A stretch of 64,000 nucleotides of DNA from Firmicutes bacterium HGW-Firmicutes-9 (lineage in GTDB: Bacteria; Bacillota; Clostridia; Christensenellales; CAG-138): NCBI GenBank assembly GCA_002841395.1, contig PGZM01000002.1, positions 576,459 through 640,458 of the forward strand, in the 5' to 3' direction. This document shows, piece after piece, positions 1-9,841 of the stretch. The first letter of the stretch is position 1; each line of letters begins with the position of its first letter. Made by a program: the position numbers and the translations under genes. Below the pieces are notes generated by a model that worked only from the letters and a program-made list of their open reading frames with translations, was not told where the DNA came from and made no database searches.

Positions 1-32
1 AGGCTAATCGCCGCACACCAACCTGTTTATCT

Positions 33-81
33 GGGGTTTGAGCACGGATTTTTCCGCGCGCTCAAACCCTTTCCCTTTTTT
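33..81 (+). terminator. Strong hairpin followed by a T-rich tract; terminator or attenuator upstream of the deacylase
   Basis: GGGTTTGAGC...GCTCAAACCC stem followed by TTTCCCTTTTTT. Confidence 0.55.
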
Positions 82-110
82 CGACAAGATTGGCGACCAA
101 ATATTACAAC

Positions 111-1664
111 ATGGATACTTTACTTCAAAACTGTACGATCTACGACGGCACCGGCGCACCTGTATTGTCCGGCAGTGTCGGGTTTGAATCCGGCAAACTC
201 CGCGTGTTTCGCGGCAGCGAACATCCGAAGGCGAAGCACACGATTAACGCAAACGGGCTTGCGCTCGTTCCCGGTTTCGTGGACGCGCATTCGCACGGGG
301 ATCTCAACCTCGTCAGCCCGTATGCGACATTGAGCAAACTCAGTCAGGGCATTACGACGCAGATAGCCGGACAATGCGGGGTCTCCCTGTTCCCCGCCTG
401 TGCGGATGAAGTGCAGTATACGCGCTTTATCTCCGGCATTGCACCCTACCCCGACATACCAAGCAATATCTCTCAACTTGCAAGCGCAGAGGGGTTTTAC
501 GCTTGGCTTGAAACCCTGCAAAACCCAATTACTACTAAGAGCTTCTTAGGTCACGGCACGCTGCGCCTTTGGGCGATGGGGTATGCAAACCGCAAGCCGG
601 ACAAGGGCGAGCTCGCCCGCATGAAAGATATGCTGCGCCGCTGCATCCGCGAAGGCGCGCTTGGTCTCTCGACCGGGCTGGTGTACGCGCCAAGCTGCTA
701 TGCAGACAACGAGGAGATTCTGGAACTCCTGCGCGTGGTACACGAAGAAGGCGGCATCTATGCCAACCATCCGCGCAACGAGGGCGATTGCGTGATTGAA
801 GCGCGCGCGGAAACGATGCAGCTTGCTCTTGAGGCGGATGTGCCGCTCTGCATCTCGCATATGAAGGCGGCTGGCAGGCAGAACTGGGGCAAGCCGCACG
901 AGATGCTCGCGCAGATCGACCGCGCGGTGGAGCACGGCCTTCGCGCCATCATCGACTCCTACCCGTACATGGCCGGCTGCACGTCGCTGAACGTGTCCAT
1001 CCCGGCGCGCTATTTCACGCGCGGGATGCAAGGTCTGATTGAAGCGTTGAGCGATCCAAACGAGCGCGAAATCATCCGCGAGGAGATCGACCGCATCAGC
1101 GATTATGACAACTACGTCTACAACAGCGGCGGCTTCTCCGGTGTCTACGTCGCAAGCTGCCCCGTTGACCACAGTGCAGAGGGCATGTTTATCTCTGAGT
1201 ATGCCGAAAAAGTCGGGCTTGATCCCTTTGACGCATATTGTGATATACTGATTCGGAACAACGGTCTCGGCCTCGGCATCTATTTTCACATGAGTGAGGA
1301 CGATGTTTGCGAGATTCTATCGCACCCGTTGTGCGTGCTCGGCACAGACGGACTAATCGGAAAAGCGGGCGAAAATCTGCATCCGCGCGTCTTTGGCGCG
1401 ACGGCCCGCGCCTACAACCTGCTGGTGCGCGAAAAGAAGCTGCTTACGCCGGAAGCAATGTTCCATAAGATGAGTGGGCAAGCGGCAGCGTTTCTCGGTT
1501 TATCGGGAAAAGGCCGCATCGAGGACGGTGTGGATGCAGACGTGCTGTTGATCGACTTCGATAAGTTCCATGATGCCGCGACCTACCAAAACGGAAGCGG
1601 GCTCACGCAAGGTATTGAAAAGATATTCATCAATGGGCATGAGATCACGCTGCCTAGAGTGTAA
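111..1664 (+). CDS. N-acyl-D-amino-acid deacylase (D-aminoacylase, amidohydrolase superfamily)
   Basis: PGFVDAHSHGD, GITTQIAGQCG, GLSTGLVYAP and HPRVFG motifs; ATG at 111 (ORF track extends to a TTG at 90). Confidence 0.85.
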   Translation: MDTLLQNCTIYDGTGAPVLSGSVGFESGKLRVFRGSEHPKAKHTINANGLALVPGFVDAHSHGDLNLVSPYATLSKLSQGITTQIAGQCGVSLFPACADEVQYTRFISGIAPYPDIPSNISQLASAEGFYAWLETLQNPITTKSFLGHGTLRLWAMGYANRKPDKGELARMKDMLRRCIREGALGLSTGLVYAPSCYADNEEILELLRVVHEEGGIYANHPRNEGDCVIEARAETMQLALEADVPLCISHMKAAGRQNWGKPHEMLAQIDRAVEHGLRAIIDSYPYMAGCTSLNVSIPARYFTRGMQGLIEALSDPNEREIIREEIDRISDYDNYVYNSGGFSGVYVASCPVDHSAEGMFISEYAEKVGLDPFDAYCDILIRNNGLGLGIYFHMSEDDVCEILSHPLCVLGTDGLIGKAGENLHPRVFGATARAYNLLVREKKLLTPEAMFHKMSGQAAAFLGLSGKGRIEDGVDADVLLIDFDKFHDAATYQNGSGLTQGIEKIFINGHEITLPRV

Positions 1665-1697
1665 TCAAGATTGATTGATACAATCCGGAGGAAACGA

Positions 1698-2555
1698 ATG
1701 GACACCATCTATATCATCGGCGGAGCCGCCATCGACATCACCGGCAAGCCGGACAGCATCTGCCGCGAGCGTGACAGCAACCTCGGCCGCGTTGGCATTC
1801 GCGTCGGCGGCGTCGGCCACAACATCGCCAAGCGGCTCGCCTCGCTCGGGTATGAGACGGAGCTGGTGACCGCCATCGGTTCCGGCTTTCACGCGGGCAT
1901 GGTGCGCGAAAGCTGCCAGAAGGCGAATGTTTCTCTTGCGCATACCTATATCGGCACCGAACACACGGGTACGTACATCGGCATCTTCGACGAAGACGGC
2001 GATATGCTCGTCGGTATCAGCGATATGGCGGTGCTGGATCATCTCACGCCGGACTATCTGTCAGCTGTGCTTCCTCAAATCAATCAAGCGAGCATGTGCG
2101 TCATCGACGCCAATCTTTCGCCGGAGTCACTCGCCTATCTTTGCGCCAACGTGACCGTGCCGCTGTTTTACGACCCGGTCAGCTGCGCCAAGGCAAAGCG
2201 CATTGACGGCAACATCGGCAAATGCTATGCCATCAAGCCAAATCGCTTTGAGGCGGGTTTTCTTTCCGGCAAATCCTGCGACACGCTGCGCGGTATCTAT
2301 CGCGCATCTGATTGGTTCCTGGAGCAGGGCGTCAAGCGCGTGTTTATCGATCTCGCTGAAGAGGGCGTCTATTGGGCGGACGCGGACAGTTGCGGCGTGG
2401 TTCCCGCGGAAACGCGCGTTTTTCGCGATGTTTCGGTCGCCGGAGATGCGATGAGCGCCGCGATCATTGACGGGTGCGTCCGATCGCTTCCCGCAGAGGA
2501 ATGCGCGCTCCTTGGCTCAAAGGCCAGTGCTGAGGTATCCGACCAAGTTCTGTAA
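1698..2555 (+). CDS. PfkB-family carbohydrate kinase (pseudouridine kinase-like)
   Basis: GGVGHNIA, IDANL, IKPNRFEA and C-terminal AGDA motifs; GGAGG RBS before ATG 1698. Confidence 0.8.
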   Translation: MDTIYIIGGAAIDITGKPDSICRERDSNLGRVGIRVGGVGHNIAKRLASLGYETELVTAIGSGFHAGMVRESCQKANVSLAHTYIGTEHTGTYIGIFDEDGDMLVGISDMAVLDHLTPDYLSAVLPQINQASMCVIDANLSPESLAYLCANVTVPLFYDPVSCAKAKRIDGNIGKCYAIKPNRFEAGFLSGKSCDTLRGIYRASDWFLEQGVKRVFIDLAEEGVYWADADSCGVVPAETRVFRDVSVAGDAMSAAIIDGCVRSLPAEECALLGSKASAEVSDQVL

Positions 2556-2567
2556 TACTTTTAAATC

Positions 2568-2599
2568 AAAAGAAGCAGGCTTATCGCCTGCTTCTTTTT
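2568..2599. terminator. Bidirectional intrinsic terminator
   Basis: AAAAGAAGCAGGC-TTATC-GCCTGCTTCTTTT between convergent genes. Confidence 0.85.
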
Positions 2600-2615
2600 G
2601 TGTGCTCTCGTTTAA

Positions 2616-4985
2616 TTAAAACAATCTCGTGCTCTCTAGCGGCGGAACCGGCTGGATGTGCCAGATGTCGTTTGCATATTCGCGGATGGTGCGGTCGGAG
2701 CTGAACTTTGCACTGCTCGCGACGTTCATCATGCACTTTCTGCCGAACGCGATGCGATCGCGATATTCGCAGTTGACTTCCTCACGCCGCTGGCAGAACG
2801 CCAATAACTCCTGCAGAACAAAGTACTGATCCGGCTTGGACCAATCGTTTCCGAAGAGCAGCGAGCGATGTAGATCGGCAAACGCGCCGCTGTTGTCGTC
2901 ACTGAGCGTACCGTCGATCAGCGAATCCACCACTCTGCGCACGCGCGGCTCGTAGTCATAGATCGCCTTCGGGTTATAGTGCGGTTTGAGCTCGTTGAGC
3001 TCTTTGACGCTCGCGCCAAAGATGTAGTTGTTCTCAAGCCCTGCTTGCTCGACGATTTCGACGTTTGCGCCATCAAAGGTGCCAAGCGTTACCGCGCCGT
3101 TGAGCATGAGCTTCATGTTGCCCGTGCCGCTGGCTTCGGTGCCCGCAGGCGAAATCTGTTCGGATACGTCCGCTGCGGGGATGATATGCTCGGCATAGGA
3201 GCAATTGTAGTTCTGCACAAACACAACGCGCATCTTGTCCGCCATGTCGGGATCGGAATTGATCAACCGCGCGAGTTCGTTGATATACTTGATGACAGCC
3301 TTCGCGCGGATATAACCCGGCGCGGCTTTTGCGCCGAAGATATACGCCGTCGGCGTAAATTCCTTGATTCGACCGTCTTTGAGGCCAAAGTATGTATCGA
3401 GTATGCCAAACGCGTTGAGCAGCTGGCGCTTATACTCGTGCATGCGCTTGACCTGTACGTCAAAGATGAAGTCCGGCGGCAGATAGACGCCCTCTTTTTC
3501 CTGAATGAGCTTACTGAGCTGCTCTTTTTTGAGACGCTTGATCTCGTTGAACTGCTCGATATCACTGTCGGTCATATGATCCTTCAGTGCTGCGATCTCT
3601 TCCAGATTGGAAAGATAGCCTTTACCGATGCGCGCATCGAGATAGTCGCACAGTTCCGGGTTGCAAAGACCGAGCCAGCGACGCTGTGTGATGCCGTTGG
3701 TCTTGTTCTGGAACTTCTCCGGATACGCCGCGTACCACTCTTTGAGCACGTCGTTTTTGAGAATCTCGGTATGAAGCGCCGCAACGCCGTTGACGTAACG
3801 CGAGCAATACACCGCAAGGTTCGCCATGTGGATGAGCTTGCCCTGGATGATCGACATGCGCGAGCAATCAAACTTGCGCGCCATCAGTTCGCCGCAGAGT
3901 TTTGCGTTGATCTGATAGATGATATCAAACACTTCCGGCAGCACCGACTTAAACAGGTTGACGTCCCATTTTTCGAGCGCTTCCGCCATGACGGTGTGGT
4001 TGGTATAGGAAAACGTCTTTGCCGCGATATCAAACGCGCGATCAAACGGAATCCCCTCTTTCATGAGCAGACGGATCAATTCCGGAATGCTCACGGTCGG
4101 GTGCGTGTCGTTGAGCTGAATCGCAACATGCTCGGCAAAGCTGTCGATCGGGCGATTCTCGCGCTTAAAGCGGAAGATGATGTCCTGCAGGCTCGCGCTG
4201 GAGAGGAAATACTGCTGCTTGAGGCGCAGTTTTTTACCCGCTTCCGTCGAATCATTGGGATACAGCACGCGGGTGATGTCCTCCACCGCGTTCTTTTCCA
4301 ACACAGCAAGGGCATATTCCTGATCGTTAAAGAGCTTGAAGTCAAACTCCGAAATGGCTTCGCTTTGCCACAGGCGGAGAGTTCCGATGTTGTTGGTTTG
4401 ATAACCGAGAATCGGCATGTCATACGCCACCGCGCGAACGGTCATATCCGCAAAGCGAACGGTCATCTCGTGCGTATCGCGGCGGATGCTCCACGGGTCG
4501 CCGAAGCGCTGCCAGTCGTCCGCGCTCTCAACCTGAAATCCGTCGCTGAAGGACTGTTTGAACAGGCCGTATTTATAGCGGATGCCATAGCCATCCAGCG
4601 GGAGATTCTCCGTTGCGGCGGAGTCGAGGAAACAGGCGGCAAGCCGGCCTAAGCCGCCGTTGCCAAGCGCTGCATCCTCAATATCCTCAAAGATCGCGAT
4701 ATCCAGTCCGCGGGATTCAAACTCGCGCTTGACATCGTCCAGAATGCCGAGCACGAACAGATTGTTGTATACGGTTCTTCCGACAAGGTACTCTGCGCTG
4801 AAATAATATGCTTCGCGCGTGCGCTCGTGCGCATGGCGGCTCTCATACCAATTTTCTGCAATTGCGGCCATCACCACGCCGGACAACGCATCATGCAGCT
4901 GTGTGGTCGTTGCGTCAAGGAACGACACCTGATGATTCTGCTTGAGCGCAAGCTCTATACTCTCCATGATGGAATCAATTTTCAC
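2616..4985 (-). CDS. glgP: Glycogen/maltodextrin phosphorylase
   Basis: ALGNGGLGRLAACF, LNDTHP, KRMHEYKRQ and EASGTGNMK (PLP lysine); GTG start at 4985 after GAGGT. Confidence 0.95.
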   Translation of the reverse strand: MKIDSIMESIELALKQNHQVSFLDATTTQLHDALSGVVMAAIAENWYESRHAHERTREAYYFSAEYLVGRTVYNNLFVLGILDDVKREFESRGLDIAIFEDIEDAALGNGGLGRLAACFLDSAATENLPLDGYGIRYKYGLFKQSFSDGFQVESADDWQRFGDPWSIRRDTHEMTVRFADMTVRAVAYDMPILGYQTNNIGTLRLWQSEAISEFDFKLFNDQEYALAVLEKNAVEDITRVLYPNDSTEAGKKLRLKQQYFLSSASLQDIIFRFKRENRPIDSFAEHVAIQLNDTHPTVSIPELIRLLMKEGIPFDRAFDIAAKTFSYTNHTVMAEALEKWDVNLFKSVLPEVFDIIYQINAKLCGELMARKFDCSRMSIIQGKLIHMANLAVYCSRYVNGVAALHTEILKNDVLKEWYAAYPEKFQNKTNGITQRRWLGLCNPELCDYLDARIGKGYLSNLEEIAALKDHMTDSDIEQFNEIKRLKKEQLSKLIQEKEGVYLPPDFIFDVQVKRMHEYKRQLLNAFGILDTYFGLKDGRIKEFTPTAYIFGAKAAPGYIRAKAVIKYINELARLINSDPDMADKMRVVFVQNYNCSYAEHIIPAADVSEQISPAGTEASGTGNMKLMLNGAVTLGTFDGANVEIVEQAGLENNYIFGASVKELNELKPHYNPKAIYDYEPRVRRVVDSLIDGTLSDDNSGAFADLHRSLLFGNDWSKPDQYFVLQELLAFCQRREEVNCEYRDRIAFGRKCMMNVASSAKFSSDRTIREYANDIWHIQPVPPLESTRLF

Positions 4986-5272
4986 TGAATTTAACCTCAC
5001 TTTTTTGCATCGCGTCCTAGTATAGCATACTTTCCCAAGGATGAAAAGACGCGGAACCCTTCCTGCTATTCTCAAAAATCGCCATATTTCCGGCATTTTT
5101 CAGGATTGTTTCCGGTAATGTGGTCTTATTGTGCGGGAATCACCCGTTTTCTGCGCGTTAAGTACCAAATTAAGCGATTTACCACGATGTATTCCAGTAT
5201 TGTACCCGTTATTTTTGTACATTAGTCCATATTTATTTTACATAGCTGCTATTTCCACGTGAGAAAGTTACG

Positions 5273-5300
5273 AAAAAAAGCGCGAATATTCCTTCGCGCT
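5273..5300 (-). terminator. Intrinsic terminator of the M3 peptidase gene
   Basis: GCGCGAA/TTCGCGC stem with an A7 run on + (U-tract on -). Confidence 0.7.
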
Positions 5301-5330
5301 CTGGTAATACTTGCGTTTTTCGCCAGTTTG

Positions 5331-7091
5331 TCAGGTGGTATAGCTGCTTAAAATTTCCGCAATTCGCGCGATCGTATCCTCGGAGAACACCGGCTCAAGG
5401 CCGTTTTTCGCAAGCACATCACCAAGAGAATCGTACGACTCCCGCATGATGATGCTGAAATACGCGTTCTTTGCGCCTTCCGAATCGCTCTGCGCGATCT
5501 CAAACAACTCCAGCGCGGGAACCATGCTCGCGGCATAGCTGATGTAGTACATCGGCGTTTGGAACGTATGCGTAATCAGCACCCATTCCGTTCCCTGATA
5601 GCCATATACCTGTTCGAGGCCATACTCCTCCGCGAGCCGCGCATACAACGCGTTCATCTCCGCGAGCGTCATATCCGGATTATCATAGACGTCCTGCTGA
5701 AACTCGTCCTCCATACAGCCGGAGAGCAGCGAATACATCGCATCGATCAGTGTGGCGACGCGCGCCTGATCGGCCAGATCACCATAGAATCTGTCATAAT
5801 CGCTAAAGAGCAGCAGCACGAGCGCCTGCGCGTCAACCTCCGCCAGATCGAGACTGTCCCCTGCGGAATAACCGACAACGGCGTTGTGATAGTAGTTCGT
5901 AAAGTGACCGAGTTCGTGGAGAATGGTTGCAACGTCCTCCGAATATCCCGTCCAGGCGGAAAAGATGAACGGCGCGCGATAATCTGAAATATATGTCGTA
6001 AAGCTGGAATCCATCTTCACGCTGCTATAGGTCACGTCATAGAGCCTGTTTTGCAGCATGTAGGTGACCGGCTCCGCCAGCAACGGCGAAAAAGCGTTGG
6101 CTGAAGAGGAAAGTGCGCTGAAGAAGGCGTCCTCGTCAAACATCGCTGCGCCGAGATCCGACGTATCATTCTTACTATTCGCCTCAATGAACACGGGAGC
6201 AATGTATTGCTTCACCGCCTGGTGTAAGGTTCTCGCATCCGAAGGCGTGTAATCCCTGCCATAGGTATCGTAGCAATACGCGGCATAACTATCGTATCCA
6301 AGTCGCTTTGCAATCTCTGTCCGAATCGCGACCTGTTCGATGAAGATCGGCGCTGCTTCCGCGTTCAACGCGGCGCAGTATGCGTCGTAGAGCCGGTAAA
6401 ACTCTTTGCTGCTGAGAGAGACGTCATTCGAAATGTCAGCGTACGTCCAGTAGACGCCGTTATCAAAGAGCGTGAACGTCGCGCTCAGGTTGTCATAAGA
6501 GAGCGTGAGCTCCTCTTCGCGATCCAACAGGTCCTGAATCGACGCGTCCTCATAGAGATTGTCTTGCATGATCGCGTCTACATAGCCCGTGCCGAACGAA
6601 TCCCGCGCGAGCTGCTGCGCTTCTGCTGAAGACTCAAACAGCTGCGCAGACACGCCCTGCATCTGCGCGTCCAACTCGGACAGTGCGGATTGCAGGTAAG
6701 CATATTCATCGCGATTTGCGGTATTCGTCACGTCGAACGCATACAAAAGATAGACGAGCGAGAGCATGGAGTCCGCGTGGCTGTACTGCTCCTGTAACAA
6801 TTGGTAAGCCGCGATCATGTCTTCTGCGTTTTTACCGCGCTTGATGCCCTCTTTCAGATCGTCCATCGCGGCATACATGCCCTCGATGTCCGGGCGGACA
6901 TAGGTCATATCCGAGAGCGTTACATTCTCGTGCGAGATATCCGGCATGACTGGCGCGCTATATGTAGCAGTCTGTGTGCTGTCTCCCGCAGAGGACGTGA
7001 TGGAATCATTCCCCATTCCGCATGCAGAAAGGAAGAACAACGCCGCTAATACGGCGGATAGAATCATATGTTTTGTTACACGCTTTTTCAT
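5331..7091 (-). CDS. M3-family oligoendopeptidase, predicted lipoprotein
   Basis: HELGH zinc motif with downstream E (LAEVD) and YYISYA; lipobox LSAC after basic MKKR n-region. Confidence 0.8.
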   Translation of the reverse strand: MKKRVTKHMILSAVLAALFFLSACGMGNDSITSSAGDSTQTATYSAPVMPDISHENVTLSDMTYVRPDIEGMYAAMDDLKEGIKRGKNAEDMIAAYQLLQEQYSHADSMLSLVYLLYAFDVTNTANRDEYAYLQSALSELDAQMQGVSAQLFESSAEAQQLARDSFGTGYVDAIMQDNLYEDASIQDLLDREEELTLSYDNLSATFTLFDNGVYWTYADISNDVSLSSKEFYRLYDAYCAALNAEAAPIFIEQVAIRTEIAKRLGYDSYAAYCYDTYGRDYTPSDARTLHQAVKQYIAPVFIEANSKNDTSDLGAAMFDEDAFFSALSSSANAFSPLLAEPVTYMLQNRLYDVTYSSVKMDSSFTTYISDYRAPFIFSAWTGYSEDVATILHELGHFTNYYHNAVVGYSAGDSLDLAEVDAQALVLLLFSDYDRFYGDLADQARVATLIDAMYSLLSGCMEDEFQQDVYDNPDMTLAEMNALYARLAEEYGLEQVYGYQGTEWVLITHTFQTPMYYISYAASMVPALELFEIAQSDSEGAKNAYFSIIMRESYDSLGDVLAKNGLEPVFSEDTIARIAEILSSYTT

Positions 7092-7359
7092 ACGATAATT
7101 ATAATACACTTGCTTTTGAATGGACAGAACTATTTCGCGCTGTTTCGTAACGAAATCACGCTTTCTATTACTACACACGCGATTGAACAGAGCGGTTCAC
7201 GTACTCGCACATGCACAATCCATCTCCGCGCCTTAATGGCTGGAACACCTGCTATCTTGAATAAATTATCAAATCATGGTATAAACATAAGAACGGTTTT
7301 TCCGGAACGCCGGAAATCCCTTTCGATGCACCGATTCTCTGATCGGAAAGGAAACGCAT

Positions 7360-8415
7360 ATGAACATCGTTGTCCTCGCTGGCGGCCTATCGCCGGAACG
7401 CGACGTATCACTCTCCACCGGAACCATGGTGACCAATGCCCTTCGCAAACAGGGACATAACGCCATTTTAATCGATTTGTTTTTCGGCATGGACCCGCTG
7501 CCGAACCCCATTGCGCAGGCGTTTGCTGTCGATGGCTTTCTGCCGCCTTTTTCGGTGCCGGAAGCGGAACCGAATCTTGCGCAAGTGCGGAGCGCTAGAA
7601 CAGGCGGATTTTCCGAGCAGATAGGTTCCGGCGTGCTGGAACTTTGTCGTGCTGCGGATCTTACGTTTCTTGCGCTGCATGGCGGCGTCGGCGAAAACGG
7701 AAGCCTTCAGTCGTTCTTTGATCTTTGCGATATTCCATATACCGGCAGTCCTTCGATCGGCTGTGCGCTGGCGATGGACAAGGCGGTCAGTAAATCGCTT
7801 CTGCGCAGCGAAGGCATTCTCACCGCAGACTGGGCTGTTGCGCGCAAGGGTGTTCCCTTTGATTCCGAACATTTCCCGATTCCGTGCGTCGTCAAGCCCA
7901 ATAGCGGCGGCTCCAGCATCGGCGTGGTCATCGTTCGCAATCGCGAGGAGCTTGCGCCTGCAATTCAGGCGTGCTTCGCGTTGGAAGACGAACTGATCGT
8001 CGAAGCGTATATCAAAGGTATGGAGCTCTCGGCCGGCGTGCTCGGCAGCGGTGATGATTGCGTTGCGCTGCCTCTCATCGAGATCGTGCCCAAGCACGGG
8101 TTTTATGACTATCAGCACAAATACCAGTCGGGTTGGACGGACGAGATCGTCCCCGCGCGCATCTCGCCGGAACTCACCGAAAAGATTCAGGAGCTTGCCA
8201 AGCGCTCGTTCCGCGCACTCAAACTCGGCGTATACGCGCGCATCGACTTTCTGCTGACGGATGCAGGCGAAGCGTATTGCCTCGAAGCAAACACACTGCC
8301 CGGTATGACACCGACAAGCCTGCTTCCGCAGGAAGCGGAGCATTACGGGCTGGATTACCCTGCGCTTTGCGAAACCATCGTCAAACTCTCGCTCAAGCGG
8401 TATGAACAGGCATGA
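7360..8415 (+). CDS. ddl: D-alanine--D-alanine ligase
   Basis: GGLSPERDVS, LHGGVGENG, GGSSIG, FYDYQHKY and EANTLPGMT. Confidence 0.95.
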   Translation: MNIVVLAGGLSPERDVSLSTGTMVTNALRKQGHNAILIDLFFGMDPLPNPIAQAFAVDGFLPPFSVPEAEPNLAQVRSARTGGFSEQIGSGVLELCRAADLTFLALHGGVGENGSLQSFFDLCDIPYTGSPSIGCALAMDKAVSKSLLRSEGILTADWAVARKGVPFDSEHFPIPCVVKPNSGGSSIGVVIVRNREELAPAIQACFALEDELIVEAYIKGMELSAGVLGSGDDCVALPLIEIVPKHGFYDYQHKYQSGWTDEIVPARISPELTEKIQELAKRSFRALKLGVYARIDFLLTDAGEAYCLEANTLPGMTPTSLLPQEAEHYGLDYPALCETIVKLSLKRYEQA

Positions 8416-9764
8416 AACAGTATCTGTTATCTGAAATCGTTGCCGCAAGCGGCGGCACATATTACGGCGATCCTGCGCTGCTAAATCAGGCAGCAACGGA
8501 CGTCGTCATCAACAGCGAACTGGCAAAGCCCGGTTCGCTCTTTATCGCAATCATCGGCGAAAAGCATGACGGACACAAATTTATTCCCTCTGCACGCGAA
8601 AAAGGCGCAGCCCTTGTCGTCACCGACCGCGCACTGGACAGCGAGCCATATCTGCTCGTGCCGGATACGCTCCGCGCAATGCACGCCATCGCGGCAAGCT
8701 ATCGAAACAAGTTTACGATACCCGTCATCGGCCTCACCGGCAGCGCCGGAAAAACATCGACGAAGGATATCGTGGCCGCCGCGCTCTCCGCTAAGTTTAA
8801 CGTCATGAAAACGCAGGGCAACCTGAACAATGAGACTGGCGCCGCGTTGACAATCTTCTCTCTGGAGGAGGCGCACGAGGTCGCTGTTGTCGAGATGGGC
8901 ACCAATCATTTCGGCGAGATCGGTCGCATCGCGTCATTCGTTCAGCCGGACTACTGCCTCTTTACTAACATCGGGCTTGCGCACATCGAAAATTTCGGCA
9001 CCCGCGAAGGCATCTTTCAGGGTAAAACGGAAATGCTGCCGTACATGCGTGCAGGCGGTCGCGTGATCGCCAACGGCGATGATGAGCTGCTCAACACGAT
9101 CCCGAACGCGCTGCGCTACGGTCTCGGAGAAAAATGCGAAGTCCGCGGCACCGATATCGAAGACCTGATCCTTCGCGGCATGAATTTTACCGTAAGCTAT
9201 CAGAGTAATTCCTGCCGCATGCATGTACCTGCGCTCGGCGTGCATTCCGTTTGCAACGCGCTTGCTGCCGTTTCCGCCGGCGTTCTGCTGGGGATGACGC
9301 TTCCCGAGATCGCATCCGGTATTGAAACCTACAAGCCCCTGCGCGGGCGCATGAATGTGCACGAGCTGGAGTCTTTCACGCTCATCGACGACACCTATAA
9401 CGCGAACCCGACCTCGATGAAAGCCTCTCTCGACGTGCTGAAGGCTTGCTCCGGCAGACGCGTTGCGATCCTCGGCGACATGCGCGAGCTCGGCGAGGCC
9501 GCACCGCAGATGCACGAAGACGTCGGCCGCTATGCCGCTTCACTCGGCATCGAGCGCATCATATGCGTCGGAACAGAAAGCAAGCGGATATATGCGGGCG
9601 CGGAATCCGTTTCACCCGGATGCGCCGTATATTACGCGACACAGGAGGAACTGCTCTCCACTTTGCCACAGCTTGTGCAAAAGGGCGATGTGATCCTCGT
9701 GAAAGCATCCCGCGGTATGAAGTTGGAGCAAACGGTTGAATTGTTACTTACAATCTCAAAATAA
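8412..9764 (+). CDS. murF: UDP-MurNAc-tripeptide--D-Ala-D-Ala ligase
   Basis: TGSAGKTSTK, NLNNETG, DDTYNANP and VKASRG; 4-nt overlap with ddl. Confidence 0.95.
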   Translation: MKQYLLSEIVAASGGTYYGDPALLNQAATDVVINSELAKPGSLFIAIIGEKHDGHKFIPSAREKGAALVVTDRALDSEPYLLVPDTLRAMHAIAASYRNKFTIPVIGLTGSAGKTSTKDIVAAALSAKFNVMKTQGNLNNETGAALTIFSLEEAHEVAVVEMGTNHFGEIGRIASFVQPDYCLFTNIGLAHIENFGTREGIFQGKTEMLPYMRAGGRVIANGDDELLNTIPNALRYGLGEKCEVRGTDIEDLILRGMNFTVSYQSNSCRMHVPALGVHSVCNALAAVSAGVLLGMTLPEIASGIETYKPLRGRMNVHELESFTLIDDTYNANPTSMKASLDVLKACSGRRVAILGDMRELGEAAPQMHEDVGRYAASLGIERIICVGTESKRIYAGAESVSPGCAVYYATQEELLSTLPQLVQKGDVILVKASRGMKLEQTVELLLTISK

Positions 9765-9783
9765 TCTAAAAAATATACTCATC

Positions 9784-9819
9784 AAAAAAGCCCGCGCGGT
9801 GCAAACCGTTCGGGCTTTC
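9784..9819. terminator. Bidirectional terminator
   Basis: AAAAAAGCCCG...CGGGCTTT between convergent murF and aldolase genes. Confidence 0.7.
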
Positions 9820-9841
9820 TGATTACTCTCAGAAGAAGCTT

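Noticed and set aside
2979-4652. Long antisense ORFs (also 46654-48282, 21816-22922, 39140-40144, 57417-58487 and others)
   Set aside because: Shadow frames of strongly codon-biased GC-rich genes, with no RBS or recognisable motifs.
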